Origin: an uncultured Alphaproteobacteria bacterium
Lineage (GTDB): Bacteria > Pseudomonadota > Alphaproteobacteria > Rhizobiales > Xanthobacteraceae
Assembly (NCBI GenBank): GCA_963759345.1
Contig: CAVWYW010000017.1
Coordinates: forward strand, 314,507 to 378,506
Length of the DNA stretch: 64,000 nt
Direction of reading: 5' to 3'
Shown: piece by piece, positions 50,951 through 61,133 of the stretch
Layout: each line of letters begins with the position of its first letter
Position numbering within the stretch: position 1 is the stretch's first letter
Translations under genes and position numbers: made by a program
The notes under the pieces: model-generated
Told to the model about the DNA's origin: nothing
The model's database searches: none
The model's input: the letters and a program-made list of their open reading frames with translations, nothing else

Positions 50951-53017
50951 TCAAAATGCGCTATGCAATCGCGCGCCAAAGACGGAAACCGGGCCGCGGT
51001 CGATGTTGTAGGCAGGGTTCGCGATAAACTGATAGTCGAAGGTGACTTTCGTCGAAGACGTGACGGCGTAGCTGTAATACGCTTCGACGATCTGCTCCAT
51101 TCCAGGATGCGGCAGTTGTCCATCGCCAATCAGAATGCCGAGCCCGCCAGCGTTGAAAAAGGCTTCGTGCTCGCCCGAAATGCCATTGATGACGCCGGCC
51201 ACTCCGATCGTATCGTCGGGACGGCCCCATTGCGCGCCGTTGAGCGACAATCCGGCCGCTACGGTCCGATCAATGTCGGTAAACTCGTAAGGCTCGATAT
51301 CGCCATTGGCGATACCGGCGCGGACGAACGCGCCTAGATCGGATGTGATTTCCTGCTCGATATTCATGCTCAACCCGCCGCGACTGCGATATTGCCGGAC
51401 CGCGGAAATATCGGCCGGGCCGCCGGTGATCTGCGCCAGTGCGATTGCGTCCTGATAGCTGCCCATGCGCCCGCGACTGAGAAATCCGGTAACTGCGATC
51501 TTGTCAGGATGCCCCCACAGGTCGAAGCGGCGCTCGATTTCGCCGACCCATTGGAACTGGCCGAATGTCGGATCGAGTTCGAGATTGTTGGGGAGGATCG
51601 ACAGATCGAATAGGCCGCCGCGCAATGTCCAGCCGCCATGATACCACTCGGCGGCGGCGCCGAGCGTGTAGCCCCATGGTTCGGCCGCGTAATCGAACGT
51701 TCCGGTATCGACGACTGACCAGTTCAAGAAGTCATTGCGCGGATCGTGGGCATATTTGTTGTTGTCGAAGACATCGGCGACACTGAATTTTCCCACCGTT
51801 AGCACGAGGCGATCAGCGGTTTGGCTCCCGGCAAACTGATTGATCCCCGCGTCCACCTTCTGCGAGTCCCCGCCAAGATCGATGGTTTGACGGATGAAGG
51901 CGCGCTGTAATCGCGTATAGGGATAGGCAAAACCGATCTTGTAGGCTTCGCCGCTCGTATAACCGGCGATACCGAGCGTGTTGCCGATCCCGAATCCCTG
52001 GTCGATCTCGGGATTGAGCCATAGCTCTGCGCCCCGCCACAGCCGAATACCCGCAAACAACGTGGCGTCCCAGGTTTCACGACCCAAGCCGTCACCAGGA
52101 AGACTGTTGGTACCCTCATAGGGCGATCGGAACGCCGGATATCCCTGCCAAGTGAAAGTGGTCTGGCCGTGAAAATTGACGATATCCGGGTCCGGTGTAG
52201 ACGACGATACGGTTGACGAAGCCACGTCGTCGCCGAAACGATAATTCAAGCCGGCACGCAGAACCTGCAGCGACAAATCCGAATTGAACCGCTGACCCGC
52301 ATTGGCGAACAACACGCTGCTGCTGCCATAGTCTGTGAAAAGGTATTCCAGCCGCGCAGTCCAGTGCGGCGCCACTGGAGCCTCGACGCCGACACCGGCC
52401 GTCCATCCCAAGCGCCACAAAAACGGCATGTCAGTGGCGCCGGTGGCCAGTTGGGTCAGAGTCAGCCGATCATACGTCCAGGCAAAGCCCCCCGTCGCAT
52501 AAAACAGCCAGTTCGCCGGTGCATAGCCGATGCGGCCACGCACGGTACCGGAAGAAAGCACTGTCTCGCTGTAGCTCTCGGCACCAAATGGCGAGGATAA
52601 TGTTGAGGTGCCGCCGATAGAAATGCCGTCGGGATTTTCAATACTTGGAAACGACGCGTCGACCTCGGCACCAACGACGAACCGGTTCGGCAGCATGTAA
52701 TTGTAGCCAGCTTGCAGTCCGGTGGAAAAACTTCCCGTCCCTTTGAAGAGATCGAACGACTGAAACATGTCGAGTGCCCCGCTGAGGCCTGGCGCTGCCG
52801 TCCAGTTCGATCTGCCCAAGGTGTAACCCATGTTCATGCCGGCATAGAAACCGCTCCGGTCATAGGCTGGAGACGATGGTGCTGCTTTCACCAACAGGTC
52901 CGCAGCGACGGCTGTAGGCATCTGCGCCGTGGCAACAAACATCATGGCGCAAACTGCAAACCAGATTGCACGCACAACACGGCCCCCTTCACCCTTGCCG
53001 GTCACGCCTTCGATCAC
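50951..53017 (-). CDS. Carbohydrate-selective porin (OprB family) with an N-terminal OMP beta-barrel-like extension
   Basis: Intact 688-aa ORF. Signal peptide ..FVATAQMPTAVAA. N-terminal part: ..GFYAGMNMGY..W. C-terminal part: NFHGQTTFTWQGYPAFRSPYEG.NSL......RETWDATLFAG.RLW.GAE...NPE..QG.G. The start codon is uncertain. Confidence 0.8.
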   Translation of the reverse strand: MIEGVTGKGEGGRVVRAIWFAVCAMMFVATAQMPTAVAADLLVKAAPSSPAYDRSGFYAGMNMGYTLGRSNWTAAPGLSGALDMFQSFDLFKGTGSFSTGLQAGYNYMLPNRFVVGAEVDASFPSIENPDGISIGGTSTLSSPFGAESYSETVLSSGTVRGRIGYAPANWLFYATGGFAWTYDRLTLTQLATGATDMPFLWRLGWTAGVGVEAPVAPHWTARLEYLFTDYGSSSVLFANAGQRFNSDLSLQVLRAGLNYRFGDDVASSTVSSSTPDPDIVNFHGQTTFTWQGYPAFRSPYEGTNSLPGDGLGRETWDATLFAGIRLWRGAELWLNPEIDQGFGIGNTLGIAGYTSGEAYKIGFAYPYTRLQRAFIRQTIDLGGDSQKVDAGINQFAGSQTADRLVLTVGKFSVADVFDNNKYAHDPRNDFLNWSVVDTGTFDYAAEPWGYTLGAAAEWYHGGWTLRGGLFDLSILPNNLELDPTFGQFQWVGEIERRFDLWGHPDKIAVTGFLSRGRMGSYQDAIALAQITGGPADISAVRQYRSRGGLSMNIEQEITSDLGAFVRAGIANGDIEPYEFTDIDRTVAAGLSLNGAQWGRPDDTIGVAGVINGISGEHEAFFNAGGLGILIGDGQLPHPGMEQIVEAYYSYAVTSSTKVTFDYQFIANPAYNIDRGPVSVFGARLHSAF

Positions 53018-53165
53018 CTACCGGAAGGTGTAGCATAGGCTACAGGCTAAGGGCCGTGCTTCGGTTGTCAATGGTCATAGATGTAGCCAAGGCTCTATTT
53101 TGACATCAAAAGCAAAGCGTGCTCATCGTGCAACACAATTGGTCCGAGTAAGTGTGGCCGCCGAA

Positions 53166-53639
53166 ATGAGATCAAACGCTTCGAGCGACGTGAGGCCAAA
53201 GCATCGCGGTGCCGCGACGGCGTTACCGGCGGAGCTAATCCAAGCGAGCCGTTTCGGTAAGACCCGATCGGCCCAATCGACAGCGCTGCTGGAAGACTAT
53301 GTTGAGTTGATTGCGGACCTGCTGGCCAATGAAGGCGAGGCGCGGCCGACCGACATCGCGCGCCGGCTCGGCGTCTCCCATGCCACGGCAATTAAGACCG
53401 TTTCTCGCTTGAAGCGGACAGGGTTGGCGACCGCGCGCCCATATCGCGGGGTATTTTTAACGGAGAAGGGTGAGGCGCTGGCGCAAAGAGTCCGCGCTCG
53501 TCATCGGCTCGTTGTCGACGTTCTTCGCGCGATAGGAGTGCCAGTAGAATCCGCCGAGGCCGATGCCGAAGGCATCGAGCATTATGTGTCGGAAGCGACG
53601 CTTCAGGCGTTTTCCCGCTTCTTGCGTGGTCGAGCTTGA
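53166..53639 (+). CDS. mntR: DtxR/MntR-family manganese-responsive repressor
   Basis: ..ALLEDYVELIADLLANEGEARPTDIARRLGVSHATAIKTVSRLKRTGLATARPYRGVFLTEKGEALAQRVRARHRLVVDVL.AIGV....AE.DAEGIEH.VS. It lies next to mntH. Confidence 0.75.
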   Translation: MRSNASSDVRPKHRGAATALPAELIQASRFGKTRSAQSTALLEDYVELIADLLANEGEARPTDIARRLGVSHATAIKTVSRLKRTGLATARPYRGVFLTEKGEALAQRVRARHRLVVDVLRAIGVPVESAEADAEGIEHYVSEATLQAFSRFLRGRA

Positions 53640-53769
53640 TATTTTCCGCCTAATTTGGATCGCACGCGAATATCGCGCACAGGCTTTCGCCCACGACTTC
53701 TTCGCTCTCAGGTGGCCAATTCTGCAACGGCCTGCGCCCTTCGCGCTGACGTAACGCCTCCTACTGCCG

Positions 53770-53860
53770 GGATTGCAAATCCGTCAAACAACCGCAATAT
53801 TATGCCGACACACCGAATTGTAGCGTATTGCATATTATCGATACGTGGCTACTGTGAGGA
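53770..53860 (+). promoter_or_regulatory. Candidate mntH operator region with repeated ATTGCA hexamers and an imperfect palindrome
   Basis: ATTGCA at 53772-53777 and 53827-53832, and GCAAT at 53794-53798. gtagcgtat..atacgtggctac (53820-53852) is an imperfect inverted repeat 35 bp upstream of the mntH ATG. Confidence 0.3.
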
Positions 53861-53888
53861 TTGAATATTTGTGGCAGGGAGTGCCGGC

Positions 53889-55250
53889 ATGTCCGATCTG
53901 CAGGGTGCCGTTCCGCGATCCAAATGGAGATTTTCGCGGCTGGACGATGAGAACGAACCGAGTTTGCCCGAGGTTTATGGCTCGATAGCAGTGCCGCAGT
54001 CGGCGGTCTGGTTTCGGCGCATGTTCGTTTTCATGGGGCCGGGCTACATGGTCTCGGTCGGCTACATGGACCCAGGCAATTGGGCGACCGATCTCGCCGG
54101 CGGCGCCTCATTCGGCTACACGCTCCTTTTCATCATTATGCTGTCGAACCTGATGGCGATTTTGCTGCAGGCCCTTGCCGCGAGGCTCGGCATCGTCACC
54201 GGCCGTGATCTTGCACAAGCCTGCCGCGCCTATTACCCGAGGCCGATCAATCTGCTGCTGTGGATTGCCTGCGAATTGGCGATCATCGCCTGCGACTTGG
54301 CCGAAGTGATCGGAACAGCAATCGCTCTTCAGCTCCTCTTCAACATTCCGCTGATTGCCGGTGCAGCGATCGCCGGGCTCGACGCCTTTTTGCTGTTGTT
54401 CTTGATGAACAGCGGGTTCCGTTTCCTAGAAGCTTTCATCATTGCGCTGCTCGTTGTGATATTTGCATGCTTTACGATCCAGATCATTGCCGCGGCGCCG
54501 CCAGCAGGTGAACTGCTCAAAAATTTATTCATTCCATCGCCGGAGATCGTAACCAATCCGGCGATGCTCTATGTCGCGATTGGCATCATCGGCGCCACTG
54601 TGATGCCGCATAATCTCTACTTACATTCCTCGATCGTGCAGACCCGCGACTATGCCAAAACCGACGAGGGAAAGCGCGACGCCATTAAATGGGCGGTAAC
54701 GGACTCAACCATTGCACTGATGCTGGCACTGTTCGTCAATGCAGCAATCTTGATCGTCTCGGCCGTCGCTTTCCACACCAGTGGCCATCAGGACATTGCC
54801 GATATTGGTCAAGCCTTTAAGTTGTTGTCGCCGCTGCTGGGCCTCGGCATCGGGTCCTTCCTTTTCGCAATCGCGCTGCTCGCGTCCGGGGTCAACTCGA
54901 CTGTGACCGCAACTCTGGCAGGCCAGATCGTCATGGAAGGCTTTCTGCGCCTGCGTATTCCGCACTGGGTAAGACGATTAATTACGCGTGGCATTGCCAT
55001 CGTTCCAGTGATCATCATAACCGCGATATACGGTGAGAAGGGCAGCGGCAACCTGTTGATTTTCAGCCAAGTCGTCCTTTCGATGCAATTGCCGTTTGCG
55101 GTAATTCCGCTCGTGCAATTCGTTTCGGACAGGAAGAAGATGGGCGACCTCGCGATTTCACGCGGAGTTGCGATTTTGTCGTGGATCGTTGCGGCAATCA
55201 TTCTCGTCCTTAACTTCAAGCTGCTTTATGATTCGATCTTCGGCAATTAA
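53889..55250 (+). CDS. mntH: Nramp-family divalent metal (Mn2+/Fe2+) transporter
   Basis: Intact ORF with ..[23 protein letters not shown]..., ..[13 protein letters not shown].. and about 11 TM helices. Confidence 0.9.
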   Translation: MSDLQGAVPRSKWRFSRLDDENEPSLPEVYGSIAVPQSAVWFRRMFVFMGPGYMVSVGYMDPGNWATDLAGGASFGYTLLFIIMLSNLMAILLQALAARLGIVTGRDLAQACRAYYPRPINLLLWIACELAIIACDLAEVIGTAIALQLLFNIPLIAGAAIAGLDAFLLLFLMNSGFRFLEAFIIALLVVIFACFTIQIIAAAPPAGELLKNLFIPSPEIVTNPAMLYVAIGIIGATVMPHNLYLHSSIVQTRDYAKTDEGKRDAIKWAVTDSTIALMLALFVNAAILIVSAVAFHTSGHQDIADIGQAFKLLSPLLGLGIGSFLFAIALLASGVNSTVTATLAGQIVMEGFLRLRIPHWVRRLITRGIAIVPVIIITAIYGEKGSGNLLIFSQVVLSMQLPFAVIPLVQFVSDRKKMGDLAISRGVAILSWIVAAIILVLNFKLLYDSIFGN

Positions 55251-55336
55251 CGGCATCGCGTCCTCTTCGCTCCGCTCGCGATGACGAGCGCATGGCGCGA
55301 TTGACTGAGGCGGATTAGAGAGAATGGATCGCGGCC

Positions 55337-56302
55337 TCATTTGAAGCCGGCCAGCGCTGATTTCACGCCGGACAGGCCCGCGTTCCAGGACAATGTCGCG
55401 ATAACGGCCGGATTGCAGCCGTTTGAGCCTGCTGTTGCCGATCCCGTTCCGGTGATCAGAAAGCAGGCTTGTTTGGACAGCGTCGTTGCGTGGTAACGCA
55501 AATCGAAGGTCAGGGACTTGTGGGTATAGGAAAATCCGACATTGCCATAGGTGTAATCGGGCAGTGCGAGACCGGGAGACGTTGCCGTCGCTCTCGTTGA
55601 GCTGAAAATTTGGTGGCCGAGCTCGGCCGAGAACGAAAGGCCCCGGCCGATGTCATATTTGGCGGTGATCAAGTCGTAGTTCTCCCAGATCCCCATGCGA
55701 TAATAATCCGGCGCGTAATAAGCGTTCAGCGCGACAGCAAGTTTGGGCGTAACGGCGTATGTGGGCGATACATAAAGCTCCGCATAGCCCGGATCGTTCG
55801 AGCCTCCCGGATAGCTGTAGTAGGCAACGGCGGTTTCAACCGTGACCGCTCCAATTGCCGGCCGGATGCCGACCGTATCGGTCATCTGAAAATGCGACAG
55901 GTTCGGCATCTGCACCGAAGCCGTATTCACGCTGGCGAACAAGATATTATAGGTGGCTTCGACATTGGCCGAGGCGCTCGGCAGGTGATCCGAAAGCGTG
56001 TAGCCGCGGTAATTGTAGTCAGTGGTGCCGGCGACGCCGAACTTAGCGTCGAATGTGGATGCTGGCGGTGTGCTTCCGGGCGGTGCCGCCGCGGGGGTGT
56101 CTGTCGCTGCGGGCGCTTTGACCACGATCGGTGAAGCGCTCAGCGCCGAACCTGGCGCTTCCTGGGCTTGGGTCGTCGGCGACGCAACGCTCGTAGCAAT
56201 GGTCGCAAACAGCGCAATAGTCGCCGTCTGAGCAAACTTTGCTGGCGCGCTGAGTGCTCGAAGAGAGCTGTGATTTTCAGTTAGCGGTGTCGGCTTATTC
56301 AT
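55337..56302 (-). CDS. Outer-membrane beta-barrel protein, TorF-family-like putative porin
   Basis: Signal peptide ..IALFATIATSVASPTTQA. A Pro/Ala/Thr linker follows. Then F.VAGTTDYNYRGYTLSD..PS..A..E.TY and alternating beta-strand pattern to the C-terminal ..L..F. Confidence 0.55.
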   Translation of the reverse strand: MNKPTPLTENHSSLRALSAPAKFAQTATIALFATIATSVASPTTQAQEAPGSALSASPIVVKAPAATDTPAAAPPGSTPPASTFDAKFGVAGTTDYNYRGYTLSDHLPSASANVEATYNILFASVNTASVQMPNLSHFQMTDTVGIRPAIGAVTVETAVAYYSYPGGSNDPGYAELYVSPTYAVTPKLAVALNAYYAPDYYRMGIWENYDLITAKYDIGRGLSFSAELGHQIFSSTRATATSPGLALPDYTYGNVGFSYTHKSLTFDLRYHATTLSKQACFLITGTGSATAGSNGCNPAVIATLSWNAGLSGVKSALAGFK

Positions 56303-56421
56303 CAAATTGCCGCGTGGCTGGCTCGCACGAACGCCGCACGCGGGACATCGCACTGAATGGATTACGCGCAGAAACCGAGCGAAAGTCTTCGGTAACCCGC
56401 CGCGCGCCGCAAGGGCAGGAG

Positions 56422-57090
56422 CTACGCCGCCGTGGTCGCGCGTCCGCTCTTGGTGCCGAGCCGCTTGTCGAGATAGCCGCTGATCGAGGTCATCAGCGCG
56501 TCGACCTTGCCGTCGAAGAAGTGGTTGGCGCCGGGGACGACCTTCTGCTCGATGACGATGCCCTTTTGCGTCTTTAGCTTCTCCACCAGCGTGGTGACAT
56601 CGCGATGCGGCACGACCGCGTCCTTGTCGCCGTGGATGATCAGGCCGGAAGACGGGCAAGGGGCGAGGAACGAAAAGTCGTAGAGATTGGCGGGCGGCGC
56701 GATCGAGATGAAGCCCTCGATTTCCGGCCGGCGCATCAGGAGCTGCATGCCGATCCAGGCGCCGAACGAAAAGCCCGCAATCCAGCAGCTGCGCGCTTCC
56801 GGGTTGACCGATTGCGCCCAGTCAAGCGCGGAGGCGGCGTCTGAAAGTTCGCCGATGCCGTGGTCGAAGCCGCCCTGGCTCCGTCCGACGCCGCGGAAGT
56901 TAAAGCGCAGTGCGGAAAAGTTCCGGTGCACAAAGGAGTAGTAGAGCTGGTACACGATCTGATGGTTCATCGTGCCGCCGAACTGCGGGTGCGGGTGCAG
57001 CACGATGCCGATCGGCGCATTCTTTTGCCGCGCCGGGTGATAACGGCCCTCAATGCGGCCAGCTGGGCCGGTGAAGATGACCTCGGGCAT
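56422..57090 (-). CDS. Alpha/beta hydrolase fold protein
   Basis: Intact 222-aa ORF. ..IVLHPHPQFGGTMNHQ.V......F......ALRFNFRGVG.S.G.FD.G.GE..DA..ALDW......, GFSFGAW (nucleophile elbow), ..IHGD.D..V. Confidence 0.8.
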   Translation of the reverse strand: MPEVIFTGPAGRIEGRYHPARQKNAPIGIVLHPHPQFGGTMNHQIVYQLYYSFVHRNFSALRFNFRGVGRSQGGFDHGIGELSDAASALDWAQSVNPEARSCWIAGFSFGAWIGMQLLMRRPEIEGFISIAPPANLYDFSFLAPCPSSGLIIHGDKDAVVPHRDVTTLVEKLKTQKGIVIEQKVVPGANHFFDGKVDALMTSISGYLDKRLGTKSGRATTAA

Positions 57091-57403
57091 TTTTCTTTAA
57101 GTCCTTAATCGGTTTGAAGCGAGTTTGAGCGACGCCTGGGGGTACGCTTGACGGCGCCAGTGGCGCACGTAAGTGACTATAACCACTTAAGTTTTGGAAC
57201 TGGCGGCGTGCTTTAAGCCGGCGAACATTTGAGCTGGCGACTTTTAGCACAGGCCAGGGGACAAAAAGCAAGCGTAACGAGAGGCGCCTTGCTACCTTGA
57301 TCCGCTCGTCCCCCCGAAAGTGGGGACCCACATGAAGCCCGACAAGGCGGGGCTGCCTGCTAGGGCCGGAAGGCGTTGGCAATAGCAAGTTGGCGATAGC
57401 AAG

Positions 57404-58569
57404 ATGGCTGAACGTAGCTATTTCGATTGGAACGCGACCACGCCGCTGCGGCCGGAGGCGTTGGCGGCGTTAGCCGATGCGCTGGCGGTCACCGGTAATC
57501 CATCCTCGGTGCATGCCGAGGGACGCGCGGCGCGAAAACTCGTGGAGCGGGCCCGGGAGCAGGTGGCGCAGCTCGTCGGCGCGCGGCCGGCAGACGTTAT
57601 CTTCACCGGCAGCGGTACCGAAGCCAACATGCTGGCGTTGACGCCGGCGATCGAGACAGCGGGCGAGAAGCGGCCACGCGACAAACTCTTGATGTCGGCG
57701 ATCGAGCATTCCTCGGTGCGCGCGGGCGGCAGATTTTCACGCGACGCGATCGAGGACATTCCCGTCGATGCGGACGGCCGCGTAAACCTTGCGGCGCTTG
57801 CGGAGGCCGTTTCCAAGGCTTCTCGGCCGCTCGTCTCACTCATGCTCGCCAATAATGAGACCGGTGTGGTGCAGCCCGTTGCGGAAGCCGCCGCGATCGT
57901 GCATGCGGCCGGCGGATTGCTGCATGTCGATGCTGTGCAGGCGGCCGGACGCATTGCATTCAATATCGGTGCGCTCGGCGCGGACTTGTTGACGCTTTCG
58001 GGCCACAAGATCGGCGGACTTAAAGGCGTCGGCGCCCTGGTGCGGGGCCGCGAGGACATTCATTTCTCCGATCCGCTCATTCGCGGTGGCGGCCAGGAGC
58101 GCGGCGCGCGCGCCGGGACCGAAAACGTCGCCGGGATCGCTGGCGTTCGGCGCCGCAGCAGAGGTTGCGCACCGGCAGCTTGCCGACGAAGCCGCGCACA
58201 TGCGCGGACTTCGGGACCTCCTCGAAGAAGGTCTCCGCGCGATCTCTCCGCAGGCAATTATTTTCGGCGAACACCGCCGAGCGGCTGCCGAATACGACCC
58301 TGTTTGCGTTGGCAGGCGTAAAGGCCGAGACCGCAGTGATCGCCTTCGACCTCGATGGCGTGGCGGTTTCCTCAGGCGCCGCGTGCTCGTCCGGGAAGGT
58401 GCAACCCTCCCATGTCCTTGCCGCCATGGGGGTTTCGCCCCCGCTCATCCGCGGCGCGGTTCGCGTCAGCCTCGGCTGGACGACCACAAAAGCCGACGTC
58501 GAACGCTTCCTTGGCGCTTGGAGAAAGCTCGCAAGTGCACTATCTAAGGGGCCAGGGATCGCGGCCTAA
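57404..58569 (+). CDS. Cysteine desulfurase (NifS/IscS class); 2 frame breaks
   Basis: YFDWNATTP.., ..GNPSSVH.EGR.., FTGSGTEANMLAL.., LSGHKIGG.KGVGAL.., RGGGQERG.RAGTENV.GI.G.. / ..SSGAACSSG... Frame changes fall near 58140 and 58275. Confidence 0.8.
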
Positions 58570-58741
58570 CCGGCTGCACAACCGAACGATTTTTCGGCCG
58601 TTTGGAATCGTTCAAGCGGTCGTCATTGCGTCAACAGGGAATTGAGTCACCAGGGAACAGGACGAACCGAACCCAGGTAACATCATCACCATACCGACTT
58701 AATCCAACCCGCGGTCCTTGAAACCGTGAGCGGAGGGACGA

Positions 58742-60290
58742 ATGCCGGCAGTGCAAGAGACCGTCGATCAGGTCCGCAGTATCGACGTCGATCAGTATAA
58801 GTATGGCTTTGAGACGCTGATCGAATCCGACAAGGCCCCGAAGGGCCTGTCCGAAGATACGATCCGGTTTATCTCGGCGAAGAAGAACGAGCCCGAATGG
58901 ATGCTGGCTTGGCGGCTCGATGCCTACAAGCGCTGGCTGACCATGCGCGAGCCGAAATGGGCCAAGGTCGAATACGGCCCGATCGACTACCAGGACCTCT
59001 ATTACTACTCCGCACCGAAGAAGAAGGACGGGCCGAAATCGCTCGACGAGATCGATCCGGAAATTCTGCGCACCTACGAGAAACTCGGCATTCCGTTGCG
59101 CGAGCGGGAGGCGCTGCTGGGCATCCAGAAGAGCCCTCACCTAACCCTCCCCCGCAAGCGGGGGAGGGAAGGAGGGGGAGGACACTGAAGCAGGCGAGGG
59201 CGGCAGCTATGGCCGCGTCGCCGTCGACGCGGTGTTCGATTCCGTTTCGGTGGCGACCACGTTCAAGGCGGAGCTTGCCAAGGCCGGCGTGTTGTTCATG
59301 CCGATCTCGGAAGCGGTGCACGAGCATCCCGAGCTGGTGAAGAAGTATCTCGGCACGGTGGTGCCGATCAGCGACAATTTCTTCGCCACGCTCAATTCGG
59401 CGGTGTTCTCCGACGGCTCGTTTGTCTACGTGCCGCCGGGCGTTCGCTGCCCGATGGAGCTGTCGACCTATTTCCGCATCAATGAGAAGAATACCGGCCA
59501 GTTCGAGCGCACGCTGATCATCGCCGACAAGGGCTCCTACGTGAGCTATCTCGAAGGCTGCACGGCGCCGATGCGCGATGAAAACCAGCTTCACGCCGCC
59601 GTGGTCGAGCTGGTCGCGCTCGACGATGCCGAAATCAAATATTCGACCATCCAGAACTGGTATCCCGGCGACGCGCCGGGCCGCGGCGGCATCTACAATT
59701 TCGTCACCAAGCGCGGCGATTGCCGCGGCCGGAACGCCAAGATTTCGTGGACGCAGGTGGAAACCGGCTCGGCCATCACCTGGAAATATCCGAGCTGCAT
59801 CCTGCGCGGCGACAATTCGCGCGGCGAGTTCTATTCGATCGCGATCTCCAATGGCTACCAGCAGGTCAATTCCGGCACCAAGATGCTGCACCTCGGCAAG
59901 AACTCGACGAGCCGCATCATCAGTAAGGGCATCGCCGCTGGCCACTCCAACAACACCTATCGCGGGCTCGTCACCTCGCACCGCCGCGCCGCCGGCGCGC
60001 GCAACTTCACCAATTGCGACTCGCTCCTGATCGGCGACAAGTGCGGCGCGCACACCGTGCCGTACATCGAGACCAAAAACTCCTCGACCGTGTTCGAGCA
60101 CGAGGCGACGACCTCGAAGATTTCCGAGGAGATGCTGTTCTACTGCATGCAGCGCGGGCTCTCGGCGGAGGAGGCGACGGCGCTCGTCGTCAACGGCTTC
60201 GTCAAGGACGTGCTGCAGCAATTGCCGATGGAATTTGCGGTCGAGGCGCAGAAGCTGATCTCGGTCAGCCTCGAGGGCTCGGTCGGCTAG
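58742..60290 (+). CDS. sufB: Fe-S cluster assembly scaffold SufB, interrupted by a REP element and frame break at 59130-59190
   Basis: [23 protein letters not shown].., ..[18 protein letters not shown]. [REP] ..[18 protein letters not shown].., ..[32 protein letters not shown].., ..[19 protein letters not shown].., ..[15 protein letters not shown]...RG. Confidence 0.85.
59130..59183. repeat. REP hairpin of the DUF559-flanking family, located inside sufB
   Basis: agccctcacctaaccctcccccgcaagcgggggagggaagg.. Compare 7976-8019 (ggccccctcaccccaccctctccccgcatgcggggagagggagc). It is in the same orientation. Confidence 0.7.
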
Positions 60291-60347
60291 GTTCGAGCGG
60301 CCTCCTCGAAAGAAACGACAAACGAAACGGAAAGGCAGTGCGGTTCG

Positions 60348-61103
60348 ATGCCGTTGCTTGAAATCAAAGACCTCCACGTCGAGATCGACGGCCGGGAAAT
60401 TCTCAAAGGGCTCGATCTGACGGTCAACGCCGGCGAGGTCCACGCGATCATGGGCCCGAACGGCTCGGGCAAGTCGACGCTCGCCTACGTGCTTGCCGGC
60501 AAGGCGGGCTACGAGCCTACTTCCGGTGAGGTGCTGTTCAACGGCAAGAACATTTTCGACATGACGCCCGACGAGCGCGCTGCGGCCGGGCTGTTCCTCG
60601 CCTTCCAATATCCGCTGGAAATTCCCGGCGTCGCCACCATGACGTTCCTGCGCACCGCGCTCAATGCGCAAAGGAAGAAACGCGGCGAGGCCGAATTTTC
60701 CACGCCGGAGTTCCTGAAGAAAGTTCGCGAACTCGCCAAGAAGCTCGGCATCGAACAGGAAATGCTGCGCCGCGCGGTCAATGTCGGCTTCTCCGGTGGC
60801 GAGAAGAAGCGCAACGAAATTCTGCAGATGGCACTGCTGGAACCGAAGCTCGCCGTGCTCGACGAGACCGATTCCGGCCTCGACATCGACGCGCTGAAGA
60901 TCGTCTCGGACGGCGTCAATCGGCTGCGCTCGCCGCAAACGTCATTCGTCGTGATCACCCACTACCAGCGGCTGCTCAACTACATCGTGCCGGACGTGGT
61001 GCATGTGCTCTCCAAGGGCCGCATCGTAAAAACCGGCGGCAAGGAATTGGCGCTCGAACTCGAAGCGCGCGGTTATGCCGAATATCAGGAAGCGGCGGCA
61101 TAG
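60348..61103 (+). CDS. sufC: Fe-S cluster assembly ATPase SufC
   Basis: Intact 251-aa ORF. MPLLEIKDLHV.., GPNGSGKST (Walker A), ..FSGGEKKRNEILQM.., LAVLDETDSGLDIDAL.., ITHYQRLL. Confidence 0.95.
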   Translation: MPLLEIKDLHVEIDGREILKGLDLTVNAGEVHAIMGPNGSGKSTLAYVLAGKAGYEPTSGEVLFNGKNIFDMTPDERAAAGLFLAFQYPLEIPGVATMTFLRTALNAQRKKRGEAEFSTPEFLKKVRELAKKLGIEQEMLRRAVNVGFSGGEKKRNEILQMALLEPKLAVLDETDSGLDIDALKIVSDGVNRLRSPQTSFVVITHYQRLLNYIVPDVVHVLSKGRIVKTGGKELALELEARGYAEYQEAAA

Positions 61104-61133
61104 CCCGATGCGGCGCCCTGCGAGCAAAGACTT

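Noticed and set aside
57208-57250. Inverted repeat GTGCTTTAAG-N23-CTTTTAGCAC upstream of the nifS-like/suf operon, considered as an Irr, RirA or IscR site.
   Set aside because: Only 8 of 10 bases pair. It does not match the ICE (TTTAGAA-N3-TTCTAAA), IRO (TGA-N9-TCA) or IscR consensus as I remember them.
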